A DNA stretch of 64,000 nucleotides from Polyangiaceae bacterium (GTDB lineage: Bacteria > Myxococcota_A > Polyangia > Polyangiales > Polyangiaceae). The DNA is taken from assembly GCA_033763455.1 (NCBI GenBank), contig JANRKO010000028.1:1-64000 (forward strand). Reading direction: 5' to 3'. The notes under the pieces were generated by a model. That model worked only from the letters and a program-made list of their open reading frames with translations, had not been told where the DNA came from and searched no databases. This document shows positions 29,491-38,453 of this stretch, one piece after another. The translations under genes were made by a program, and so were the position numbers. Every line of letters starts with the position of its first letter. Positions within the stretch are counted from its first letter, which is position 1.

Positions 29491-30653
29491 ACCTGGCCAC
29501 GCTGGCGGCACGCAACGTGCTTCGCAACAAGCTCCGCAGCGTCCTTACAGTGTTGGGCGTAGCGGTTGCCATTTTGGCTTTTGTGCTCTTGCGCACCGTG
29601 ATTTGGAGTTGGACGGTAGCTGCCGAATATGCAGCTAAAGATCGCGTGGCCACGCGCCACAAGATCACGTTCATCAATCCTTTGCCTCTGCGCTACAAAT
29701 CCCAGATAGAGCAGGTCCCCGGGGTGAGCGAGGTCACCTGGGCCACGTGGTTTGGTGCCAAGCACCCCACGCGTGATCAGGAATTTTTCCAGTCTATTGC
29801 TGTGGATCCAAAGTCATTTTTGAGCGTCTACAGCGAGGTGATTGTCCCGGCTGAGCAGCGAGAAAAATGGCTTGGCAATCGGCAGGGGGCGTTGGTTGGG
29901 GAATCCTTGGCCAAGCAGATGGGTTGGAAGGTGGGCGACAGGATAACGCTCACGGGAACGATCTACCCCGGGGATTGGCAGTTCGACGTGGATGGCATTT
30001 ACACCGTCAAACGCTCTTCTCTCGATAAAGCGACGCTCTGGATGCATTGGGATTATCTCAACGATTCGGTGAGCCCGCGCCAGAAAGATCAGGCGGGTTG
30101 GTACCTTTCGCGCATCAAGAATGCTGGAGATGCGGCTACCGTGGCTAAGCGCATTGATGCTCTTTTCGACAGCCAAGATCAGCAAACGCTCAGCATGGAT
30201 GAGCACGCGATGAATGCGTCCTTCTTGGGCATGTTCTCGGCCATCTTAAAGGCGATAGATGTGGTGTCGGTGGTGATTCTGCTCATCATGATGCTCATTT
30301 TGGGCAACACCATTGCGATGGGCGTGCGTGAGCGCACCAACGAATACGGAATGCTGCGTGCGGTGGGCTTTTTGCCCAAACACATTGGTGCTTTCGTATT
30401 GCTCGAAGCGGTGGTGGTGGGTTTGCTCGGGGGCATTTTGGGCCTCATTTTTGCCTACCCCGTGGTGGAGAAGGGCGTGGGGCGGTTTCTTGAAGAGAAC
30501 ATGGGAGCAATGTTTCCCTACTTCCACATGGATGCGAGTGTGGCTGCGTTGGCGCTCTTGCTCTCGGTGGCTCTCGGATTTTTGGCAGCACTTGTGCCCG
30601 CCTACCGAGCGATGCAGCTCAATGTAGTTGATTCTCTGCGAAGGGTTGGGTGA
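29487..30653 (+). CDS. ABC transporter permease (MacB/FtsX family)
   Basis: RNKLRSVLT, one TM, periplasmic domain, three TM; ERTNEYGMLRAVG. Confidence 0.92.
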   Translation: MNLATLAARNVLRNKLRSVLTVLGVAVAILAFVLLRTVIWSWTVAAEYAAKDRVATRHKITFINPLPLRYKSQIEQVPGVSEVTWATWFGAKHPTRDQEFFQSIAVDPKSFLSVYSEVIVPAEQREKWLGNRQGALVGESLAKQMGWKVGDRITLTGTIYPGDWQFDVDGIYTVKRSSLDKATLWMHWDYLNDSVSPRQKDQAGWYLSRIKNAGDAATVAKRIDALFDSQDQQTLSMDEHAMNASFLGMFSAILKAIDVVSVVILLIMMLILGNTIAMGVRERTNEYGMLRAVGFLPKHIGAFVLLEAVVVGLLGGILGLIFAYPVVEKGVGRFLEENMGAMFPYFHMDASVAALALLLSVALGFLAALVPAYRAMQLNVVDSLRRVG

Positions 30654-31837
30654 GTGCCATGCTGCTAATGATTCCACTAAGCTATAATGTTCGCAGCCTC
30701 ATTGCTCGCAAGGGCACCACCTTGGCGTCTGCGTTTGGCATCGCACTCGTGGTGTTCGTGCTTTCTTCTTCCTTGATGCTTTCAGGTGGCATCAAGAAAA
30801 CCATGGGGAACTCGGGACGTCCTGAGAACGCCATTGTACTTCGTAAGGGTGCAGATTCGGAATTGGCAAGCACCATAGAGACGCGCCAGGTGAATCTCAT
30901 TTTGGCAGCCCCCGGCGTCAAGAAAGATGAAGCGGGTGCGCCGTTGGGTGGCGGTGAAGTGGTAGTTGTCATAGCCGTTGAGAAAATCGGCACTGCGGGG
31001 CAAATCTCTAACGTTCAGGTGCGCGGCGTGAGCGATAACGTGCTGAAAATGCGGCCTGAAGTGAAGATTATCGAAGGCCGTTTCCCAAAGCCCGGCACCG
31101 ATGAAGTGATGCTCGGAAAATCCGTGCGCGGCCGCTACACGGGTGTGGATTTCAATTCAAGCTTCGATCTTAAGAAGAATCGCGCCGTGCAGGTGGTGGG
31201 CATCTTCGAAGCGGGAGGCTCATCCTTCGAATCGGAAGTGTGGGCCAGCATTGATACGGTGCGCAGCTCCTTCGGCCGCGAGGGGCTTGTTTCCTCGGTA
31301 ACCGTGCGCCTTGAGAGCCCCGCCAAGTACGACGCTTTCAGTGCCACCGTGGAAAGCGATAAGCAGCTCGGTTTGGAATCATTCCGTGAGAGCGCGTATT
31401 ACGCCAAGGTTTCCTCTGGCACGTCGATCTTCGTGAGCGCCATCGGCATTGTTATTACGGTGTTCTTTTCGATCGGCGCGATGATTGGCGCCGCCATCAC
31501 CATGTATGCCGCGGTGGCTCAACGCCGCCGCGAAATTGGCACGCTGCAGGCGCTCGGATTCACCCGGGGCGCGGTGCTCACTTCGATGCTCATTGAATCG
31601 ATGGTCTTGGCCGCCTTCGGTGGTGTGGTGGGTGCCGTGGCCTCGCTTTTCATGGGATTTGTTAAGGTTTCCATGATGAATTTCGCCACCTGGCAAGAGG
31701 TCACGTTTTCGTTCGATCCAGACCCCGCCCAAATTGCCGTCGCTCTGCTGATGGGCGGCGTAATGGGCGTGCTCGGCGGATTTTTTCCAGCGCTGAGTGC
31801 CTCGCGTACGAATCCTGTGATTGCTATGCGGGCTTAG
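30650..31837 (+). CDS. ABC transporter permease (MacB/FtsX family), second subunit
   Basis: Same topology; QRRREIGTLQALG; GTGA overlap with the previous gene. Confidence 0.92.
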   Translation: MSAMLLMIPLSYNVRSLIARKGTTLASAFGIALVVFVLSSSLMLSGGIKKTMGNSGRPENAIVLRKGADSELASTIETRQVNLILAAPGVKKDEAGAPLGGGEVVVVIAVEKIGTAGQISNVQVRGVSDNVLKMRPEVKIIEGRFPKPGTDEVMLGKSVRGRYTGVDFNSSFDLKKNRAVQVVGIFEAGGSSFESEVWASIDTVRSSFGREGLVSSVTVRLESPAKYDAFSATVESDKQLGLESFRESAYYAKVSSGTSIFVSAIGIVITVFFSIGAMIGAAITMYAAVAQRRREIGTLQALGFTRGAVLTSMLIESMVLAAFGGVVGAVASLFMGFVKVSMMNFATWQEVTFSFDPDPAQIAVALLMGGVMGVLGGFFPALSASRTNPVIAMRA

Positions 31838-31937
31838 GCCCGGGGAGCTGCTAAGGCATCCGGGCCGCGCGGCGCTGGCCAAAAGAGCGCGGCCTAAAGA
31901 GCATTCACTCGCGCGAACTGAGCCTAGAAAGGCAAGG

Positions 31938-32666
31938 TCAGTCCTTGAAGGTGAGAACCACCTCTGGAATGGGAATTATCCCCCCGGCTCCAGGGCTGAC
32001 GGTGCCGTTTGCACTGATAGTCACTTCAGTGCTGGCTGAGCTCATTGGTTCCGCCTGAATCCCGGTGATAGTGCAGCCGCCACCCGCACGTGGAGTGCAG
32101 GTGGTGCAAGTTGAGAACTTGTCAACGGGGCACGAGATGACAGTGGAAGCGACCGCGTGAAAAGTGTATACGCCGCTCGGAATTCTCGCGTACCGTTGAC
32201 AGTTGGCGGGCCCGGCCGGCAAATTACTTGCCTTCACGCACTCGTTGGGTAACGTCACCTCAGAAGTGAGGCGGGCATCCCAATCCTCAACCGTTGATTC
32301 TCCAGGATTGAGCTGCACCACCGTGGGCGCGATGTAGATGGCGGGGCATCCCGGGTGAAAGTCTGGGCGCTGCAAATCCCCGCAAGAACCCTGTCTGCAG
32401 CCGGACCCTGAGTGCTGCAGCACTCCAGATGAATCAGAGATCTGGAACCCATCCACGTATAGGCTTTTGGTCGACGCGTTCACGAGCCGAACGTACATCT
32501 TGCCTGGTAAGGCGTCTTGATACGCCGCGCAAAGGTCCGCCTTGCTAAGCTGACGCGGAAAGTTCGTTTCGTTAGGGTCAGCCTCTGCCTGAGCAGAGCA
32601 CCCTGAAAGGTTCAGAAGAACCGGGATAGACAGAGTGATTCGAAACGCACCTGTTAGGAAGCCCAT
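31938..32666 (-). CDS. Hypothetical Cys-rich lipoprotein
   Basis: Signal peptide with LSGC lipobox from ATG 32666; about 10 further Cys. Confidence 0.6.
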   Translation of the reverse strand: MGFLTGAFRITLSIPVLLNLSGCSAQAEADPNETNFPRQLSKADLCAAYQDALPGKMYVRLVNASTKSLYVDGFQISDSSGVLQHSGSGCRQGSCGDLQRPDFHPGCPAIYIAPTVVQLNPGESTVEDWDARLTSEVTLPNECVKASNLPAGPANCQRYARIPSGVYTFHAVASTVISCPVDKFSTCTTCTPRAGGGCTITGIQAEPMSSASTEVTISANGTVSPGAGGIIPIPEVVLTFKD

Positions 32667-32678
32667 GTTTCCCGTAAC

Positions 32679-32693
32679 GCAAACCGTGTGCCA
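32679..32693 (-). promoter_or_regulatory. Sigma54 (-24/-12) promoter
   Basis: Minus strand TGGCACacggtTTGC, 13 nt before the ATG at 32666. Confidence 0.65.
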
Positions 32694-33004
32694 ATGAGAT
32701 GGAAGCCGGCATTTGGCGATCTGCCCTTCGTTAGGGGGTAACTGGATCACGGTGTGCCACCCGTGTGCCACCTTCTACCTTGCCTCAATTCTCATCTCGC
32801 CGCGCAATTCCCATCTCGTACTGGCCACTCAGACCCTCGCGGGCGAATCCTGTGCTTGCTATGGCGGCTTGGGCGGCGGAGCTGCAATTGCTCCTTCCGC
32901 GTCTCCCGCCTCGGAGGCGCTTGGCGAGGGGCAAGCTGCCGCTTCAAGGGGGGCAGCAGGGTGGGCACCGACCAATGACCAATGACCAATCACGGCTTGC
33001 CGCC

Positions 33005-34321
33005 TCAGAGTGGCGGCCGCCCCATCCCACGGTACTTAAAGCCTGCTTCGAGCACGGCTTCGCGCATTAGAATGTTGCGGCCGTCGAACAGCACCTTTTG
33101 GCGGAGGAGCCCGCCAATTCGCTGCAAATCGGGATTGCGATATTCGTTCCACTCGGTGGCAATCACCAGCGCATCGGCGCCCTCACAGGCTGCGTACTCA
33201 TTCTCCACGAGCAGCACCTTCTCTTTTAAGTTCATGTGAGAGAGCGAGGCGAGCGCTGTCTCCATGGCTTGCGGATCGGTGGCTTGCACCTTGGCTCCGC
33301 GGCGATCAAGCTCTGCAATCAGGCGTAGGGCGGGCGCCTCACGCACATCGTCCGTCTTTGGTTTGAAGGCGAGGCCCCAGATGGCAATTACTTTGCCCGA
33401 GAGCCCTCCCAGATCTTCTTCCATGTGGCGGATGAGCGTCGCTACGGGGCGTTCATTGGCCTCAATGGCGGCCTGAGTCACTTTCATGCTCACGCCGAGA
33501 TCAGAGCCCGTGCGCACCAGGGCGCGTAGATCTTTGGGGAAGCAGCTGCCGCCAAAGCCCATGCCTGGGTAGAGGAAGTGGCCGCCGATGCGCTGATCGG
33601 AGCCGAGCGCTACACGGACGTCTTCTACGTCGCCCCCTGCTGCATTGCAGAGCTCAGCTACCTCATTCATGAATGAGATCTTGGTGGCCAGCATGGCGTT
33701 GGCTGCATACTTTACGATTTCGGCGCTCTTCGGGCTCATGCGCAAGATGCGATTGCGTTGACGATTGTGGGGTGCGTAGAGGCGCTCCAGTACGTCAAAT
33801 GCGTGATCGTCGTCGGTACCTACGACGATGCGATCGGGTTTGAAGAAGTCATTGACGGCATCCCCTTCTTTGAGAAATTCCGGATTGCTCACCACCGAAA
33901 TCTTATGCGTGCTATGCTTACGAACCACTTCGGTGACTCGCGCGTTGGTGCCAACCGGCACCGTGCTCTTGAGCACCAAGATAAGATCGTGTGTTGTGGC
34001 TTTGGCCACCTGTTCGGCGACGCCGAGGACATGCGTGAGATCAGCTGAGCCATCTTCGTGCGGCGGGGTGCCCACGGCAATGAATACAGCCGCGCGGCCG
34101 GCGATGGATTCGGCGAGGTTAGAACTGAAGTGCAAGCGCTCGGGCCAATTGTTTTTGACGAGCTCAGCTAGGTGCGGCTCGAAAAATGGCACTTCACCAG
34201 CGCGTAACTTGTTGAGCTTGCCTTCGTCGACGTCGACGCACACGACGTCAACCCCCGAGTCCGCAAAACAAGCGCCTGCAACCAACCCAACGTAGCCCGT
34301 TCCAACAACAGCAATTTTCAC
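33005..34321 (-). CDS. ugd: UDP-glucose 6-dehydrogenase
   Basis: GTGYVG, KSTVPVGT, NPEFLKEG, GFGGSCFPKD, GLAFKPKTDD. Confidence 0.96.
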   Translation of the reverse strand: MKIAVVGTGYVGLVAGACFADSGVDVVCVDVDEGKLNKLRAGEVPFFEPHLAELVKNNWPERLHFSSNLAESIAGRAAVFIAVGTPPHEDGSADLTHVLGVAEQVAKATTHDLILVLKSTVPVGTNARVTEVVRKHSTHKISVVSNPEFLKEGDAVNDFFKPDRIVVGTDDDHAFDVLERLYAPHNRQRNRILRMSPKSAEIVKYAANAMLATKISFMNEVAELCNAAGGDVEDVRVALGSDQRIGGHFLYPGMGFGGSCFPKDLRALVRTGSDLGVSMKVTQAAIEANERPVATLIRHMEEDLGGLSGKVIAIWGLAFKPKTDDVREAPALRLIAELDRRGAKVQATDPQAMETALASLSHMNLKEKVLLVENEYAACEGADALVIATEWNEYRNPDLQRIGGLLRQKVLFDGRNILMREAVLEAGFKYRGMGRPPL

Positions 34322-34411
34322 AAAGCTCGGGATACACCCGATTTTTCTAGGTGTCGAGACCGAAGCTCGCTCCCCATCGTGGGGGGTGGGGCCGGGGATG
34401 GGCCGGCGCTC

Positions 34412-34954
34412 TCAGGCGCTTGCTTCGGCGTCTTGTTCCAGCTGATCCAGAATTTCGTCCGCGCGGGCCTCGGAGATCCCGAACCAATCCGCCAGCTGGT
34501 TAATCAGGGCGTTCTCTTCGGGCGCTACATTGTCGTCCGCGAGAGCTATCGCGGCCGCTAGGGCAAAAGCACCTTCCGCCTCGCTGGGCTCATCCGCGAG
34601 CTCTTCTGCAATTTCCTGCAGGCGCGCGTCCCGGCCCTGCTCGGCCAGGCGCTGCTGATAATTCTCCACCATCACCTTGATGGTGCCGGAGCGCAGGAGG
34701 TTATCAGTGAGGCCGCGAATAGCTCCGCGCAGCGCTACGATCTCCGCTTCCTCAACACGCCCGTCGACGGACATCATGAGGAACATGGTCTCCGCGAGTG
34801 GATCCACTCGGGTCAAGGCGGCGAGCTCATCAATGCTCAAAAGCCCTTCTCGCGTTAGGGTTTCGTAGGCAGGTGAAACCACGATTGATGGGCGACGCCC
34901 GCTTTGCAGCAGGGCGTCTCGCAGGCGACTGATGGTGCCGGTTCTGAGTTCCAT
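34412..34954 (-). CDS. TerB-like (tellurite resistance family) protein
   Basis: Two metal-binding-type motifs, VDGRVEEAE and ADDNVAPEE, in a helical protein. Confidence 0.7.
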   Translation of the reverse strand: MELRTGTISRLRDALLQSGRRPSIVVSPAYETLTREGLLSIDELAALTRVDPLAETMFLMMSVDGRVEEAEIVALRGAIRGLTDNLLRSGTIKVMVENYQQRLAEQGRDARLQEIAEELADEPSEAEGAFALAAAIALADDNVAPEENALINQLADWFGISEARADEILDQLEQDAEASA

Positions 34955-35103
34955 CCGAGCGGAAAAGGATAGGCGAGGATGGCGGGGGTTGGCAATTGAC
35001 CGGTGGCCTCTGCCTATTTCGTGTGTTGAACCATCGCGTTCGAGTCCAGAATTCAGCGCAAATCATCGCCCCATGCCCCGGTGAGGCCTGCTACACTCAC
35101 GCC

Positions 35104-35976
35104 GTGTCTGGCCACCCAGGAACCCCTCACACTGACGTCGCATCGCAAGCGTCACGCCCCTTTGTCGATGAGCGCCTGGTGGCACCCGAAAGTCGCTATG
35201 AGGCCCACGAGGGAAGGCTCGTCTACATGTCTCCTTCCGATGAACCGCACGCCACACGGCACTCCAAGGTAACCGCGCTCCTCGAAGCTTGTGTATCTGC
35301 CGACTATGATGTGGCGTGCGACATGTTGACTCGCACTTCCGAGACTGACGACATAGCGCCGGACGCGAGCATCTTTCCTGTGGCGCGTGATCCTGAAACG
35401 GGGGGGCGATTGCTCGAGGAGCTTGCGTTTGAGGTCCTTAATACCGAGCGTCTAAATCACGCGGGCATCAAGGCTCAAAAGCTCAAGGGACGCGGGGTGC
35501 GCCGAGTTTTCGCGATCGACGTGGAGCGGCGTCGAGCGTTTGAGTGGTCCTCTGAGCTCGGAACGTGGTCCCTTCTCTCCCCGGCAGCTGAGATTGAAGA
35601 CCGCACGCTTGCCATGCCGTTGCCGCTTCGGGCACTTGTGGAGGCTGCAAAAGCGGACGACACCATCGCCCAGGCTTTGCTCGTGAAAGGCAATCCCGTG
35701 CTTGTCGAGGCTCTCAGGCACCAACGGGTTGCTGGCAGAGCTGAAGGCAAAGCGGAGGGGAAGGCTGAAGGCAAGGCAGAGGGGAAGGCTGAAGGCAAGG
35801 CGGAGGGGAAGGCTGAAGGCAAAGCGGAGGCAATTCTATTTGTCCTTGAATCCCGCGGTTTTGTTCTATCACCGAGGGAGCGAGGGGTTATCGCCACCGA
35901 GCAGTCCGAACCAAAGCTCGACGCTTGGTTGAGCCGAGCTGCCGTCTGCCAGAGCGTGGCTGAGCTTTTAGAGTGA
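35104..35976 (+). CDS. Uma2 family (PD-(D/E)xK) endonuclease-like protein with AEGK-repeat tail
   Basis: YEAHEGRLVYMSP...H, APDASI, LAFEV, K...GV; start inferred at GTG 35104 behind TGcTACACT. Confidence 0.8.
   Translation: MSGHPGTPHTDVASQASRPFVDERLVAPESRYEAHEGRLVYMSPSDEPHATRHSKVTALLEACVSADYDVACDMLTRTSETDDIAPDASIFPVARDPETGGRLLEELAFEVLNTERLNHAGIKAQKLKGRGVRRVFAIDVERRRAFEWSSELGTWSLLSPAAEIEDRTLAMPLPLRALVEAAKADDTIAQALLVKGNPVLVEALRHQRVAGRAEGKAEGKAEGKAEGKAEGKAEGKAEGKAEAILFVLESRGFVLSPRERGVIATEQSEPKLDAWLSRAAVCQSVAELLE
35740..35829 (+). repeat. About 7.5 tandem 12-bp coding repeats (AEGK) with a 24-bp higher-order period
   Basis: Alternating gctgaaggcaa(a/g) and gc(g/a)gaggggaag. Confidence 0.92.
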
Positions 35977-36018
35977 GTAGCTGCGCCCAGGGTTTTCGGG
36001 CGGCGTTTCCGTAGCGTT

Positions 36019-36834
36019 CTAGGGCCTCGGGGACGACTTTTTGGGCGGGCGTGTGCTCGCGGGGTCGAGGCTGTCTCTCGGTGGGCCTGGCAAATGAACG
36101 AACAGGCACACCCCCTCTTCGGGGCTGAGATGTGAGCGCCAAAGAGCACCAGAAACGAGGCGTGAACTCTCGTCGATCGGGGCGCTACACAGGCGGCCTC
36201 CCCAGCGCTCAAGGTGGAGCTCGGACACAAGGTCGCGCGGCAAACTGCGAGCGCGTGACCCCTGGAGCACACCTTCGCTGAATACGCACAAGGTGGTGTC
36301 TGCGGTCAAAGAGGTTAGCTTGTAGCTGTGGTGTTCGTCTGGAAGGAGGCCCACGGGGTTTGAAAGGGCGGGCTCCAGCGAGATTGCTCCCGTGTTATCG
36401 ACACAACCGATATGGGGCAACCCGGCGTTGAGAATTTCAAGCTTCTGCTCGCTCGGGTCGATGCGCAGGACCCCGAGTGCCAAGGGCCCGACTCCGCGCT
36501 GGAACAACACATCCTTGAGCTTGTTCACAACCTCGTGAAGTGGAGCGCATTGACCGAGTGCGCTTACAAGCACAGGCTCCGCCGCCGAAAGCAGTGGCTC
36601 CGGGTTGGCGCGGCCGAGGGCATCGACCATGATCACGGACCAACCGCCCTGGGCATCGGCGATAGCGTAGGTGCGCGCACTTCCAAGTGAAGGACCAACG
36701 GCGATGCTTTGGGCCCAGAGCCTCGGGGCCAGTACCGGAAACGGCCGAAGGGAAGTTGAGGCGGCAGTGCCACTACCCGAGCTGAGCGGCAGCGCGGGGG
36801 ATGGAGGGCGGAGCGGAACAAGGGGGTCTGACAC
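36019..36834 (-). CDS. SpoIIE/RsbU-type PP2C phosphatase domain protein, degenerate
   Basis: VIMVDALG, ILNAGLP, PVGL and CVFSEGV correspond to PP2C motifs with substitutions. Confidence 0.7.
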   Translation of the reverse strand: MSDPLVPLRPPSPALPLSSGSGTAASTSLRPFPVLAPRLWAQSIAVGPSLGSARTYAIADAQGGWSVIMVDALGRANPEPLLSAAEPVLVSALGQCAPLHEVVNKLKDVLFQRGVGPLALGVLRIDPSEQKLEILNAGLPHIGCVDNTGAISLEPALSNPVGLLPDEHHSYKLTSLTADTTLCVFSEGVLQGSRARSLPRDLVSELHLERWGGRLCSAPIDESSRLVSGALWRSHLSPEEGVCLFVHLPGPPRDSLDPASTRPPKKSSPRP

Positions 36835-36852
36835 GGGCCTCTGGCGGGTAAT

Positions 36853-36867
36853 GCCAAAGTCGTGCCG
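36853..36867 (-). promoter_or_regulatory. Candidate sigma54 promoter for the PP2C-like gene
   Basis: Minus strand CGGCACGacttTGGC (GG-N10-GC), 19 nt before GTG 36834. Confidence 0.4.
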
Positions 36868-37010
36868 AGTGGCAGTATGCGGAAAAATGCCGCAAATTGC
36901 GCCAATTTCTCAGCTCGCTGTGACTTGGATATCCCGATTTGAGACCCCGCACGTCCCGCTCATAGACGCCAGGCCTTAAAGCGAGAGCGGCACCGTGCGT
37001 AGGGATCAGC

Positions 37011-38453
37011 ATGAGCCCGAGCGACCCCACTCCCAGAAGCGAACCCAAAGGGTCGAAGCTGGTTTCCATAATTGACGACGATCCCACGGTTCGGCGATTG
37101 ATGCGTTTCTGGTTAGAGAAGGATGGCTACCAAATCATCGAACACGCCTCTGGAACGAGCGCGTTGAATTACGCGGGAGATATGCCCGCGGCAGTCTGCA
37201 TCGATCTCGGGCTCGACGATGTTCCTGGTCTGGAGGTCTTGCGCCACCTAAAAGCTCGGGATCCTGAGATTTCACTCATCGTAGTCACCGCTCAGCGTGA
37301 CATCGACACCGCCGTCGAGGCGATGCGTGCCGGGGCGTACGACTATGTGACCAAGCCCTTGGAACGCGAGAGGCTCCTTTTGGCCGTTGGACGCGGTATC
37401 GAACGCCGCGACCTCGTGAGCAACGTGCGTCGCCTGAAAAATGCTCTTTCTGAGCATAAATCTGAGCATTCTATCATCGGGCGCAGTGCTCCCATGATGG
37501 AGCTGGATCGGCAGATAAGCCACGTGTTGGAGAGCGACGTGGCGGTATGCGTATTTGGGGAAAGCGGCACGGGCAAGGAACTAGTTGCACGCGCGATTCA
37601 TCAAGGCGGGCCACGCAAAGCGGGACCTTTTGTAGCGATCAACTGCGCGGCCATTCCTCATTCGCTGTTGGAATCTGAACTATTCGGTCACGAGCGCGGC
37701 GCGTTCACAGGTGCCACTCACACGCGGCGCGGGCGCTTTGAAGAGGCGGATCGCGGAACTTTGTTCCTTGATGAGCTCGGGGAAATGAGCTCAGGAACCC
37801 AGGCGAGCCTGTTAAGAACATTGCAAGAAAAGAAGATCCGCCGCGTGGGCGGTTCCCAAGAAATCCCCACCGATGCGCGGATCGTTTGCGCCACGCATCG
37901 AGATTTACGTGCCGAGGTGGAGGCGGGCCGTTTTCGTGAGGATCTATATTTTCGCTTGGTTGTTTACCCAATCATCGTGCCCCCGCTTCGCAATCGGGTT
38001 GAAGATATTCCCCTCCTAGTGGGGCACTTTTTACAGTCTTTGCGTGCCGATGTCGGCCGAGAGGTTCAGCGCATTAGCCCTGAGGCTTTGGAAGCTCTTA
38101 CCCGCTACCGTTGGCCAGGCAACGTGCGCGAACTGCAGAACGTAGTGCATCGCTGCATGTTGGCCTCGCGTGGCCACGAGATCACGCTGGCTGATCTGCC
38201 GCAAGATGTTCGAGCGCATGCCGCGCCGCCAATCCCGCATCATCACACGGGGAACGGCTCCATTTCACCGATATCGATTGCCCCCACGGCGACCGACATT
38301 GTGCCCCTTCAGGAGTTGGAGCGGCGTGCTATTGAGCGCGCGCTCCGTGCAACCGGTGGTAGCGTTGGCAAGGCGGCCAAGTTGCTTGGTATCGGTCGCG
38401 CTACGCTGTACAGGAGGATCCAGAGCATGTCGTTGTCGCGCGAGGTTGCGTGA
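37011..38453 (+). CDS. Sigma54-dependent response regulator (NtrC family: receiver, AAA+, HTH)
   Basis: IIDDD receiver, GESGTGKE, ESELFGHERGAFTGA, LFLDE, WPGNVREL, Fis-type HTH. Confidence 0.97.
   Translation: MSPSDPTPRSEPKGSKLVSIIDDDPTVRRLMRFWLEKDGYQIIEHASGTSALNYAGDMPAAVCIDLGLDDVPGLEVLRHLKARDPEISLIVVTAQRDIDTAVEAMRAGAYDYVTKPLERERLLLAVGRGIERRDLVSNVRRLKNALSEHKSEHSIIGRSAPMMELDRQISHVLESDVAVCVFGESGTGKELVARAIHQGGPRKAGPFVAINCAAIPHSLLESELFGHERGAFTGATHTRRGRFEEADRGTLFLDELGEMSSGTQASLLRTLQEKKIRRVGGSQEIPTDARIVCATHRDLRAEVEAGRFREDLYFRLVVYPIIVPPLRNRVEDIPLLVGHFLQSLRADVGREVQRISPEALEALTRYRWPGNVRELQNVVHRCMLASRGHEITLADLPQDVRAHAAPPIPHHHTGNGSISPISIAPTATDIVPLQELERRAIERALRATGGSVGKAAKLLGIGRATLYRRIQSMSLSREVA

Noticed and set aside
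32970..32990. GACCAAT x3 heptamer repeat
   Set aside because: Real but short and isolated; no function can be supported
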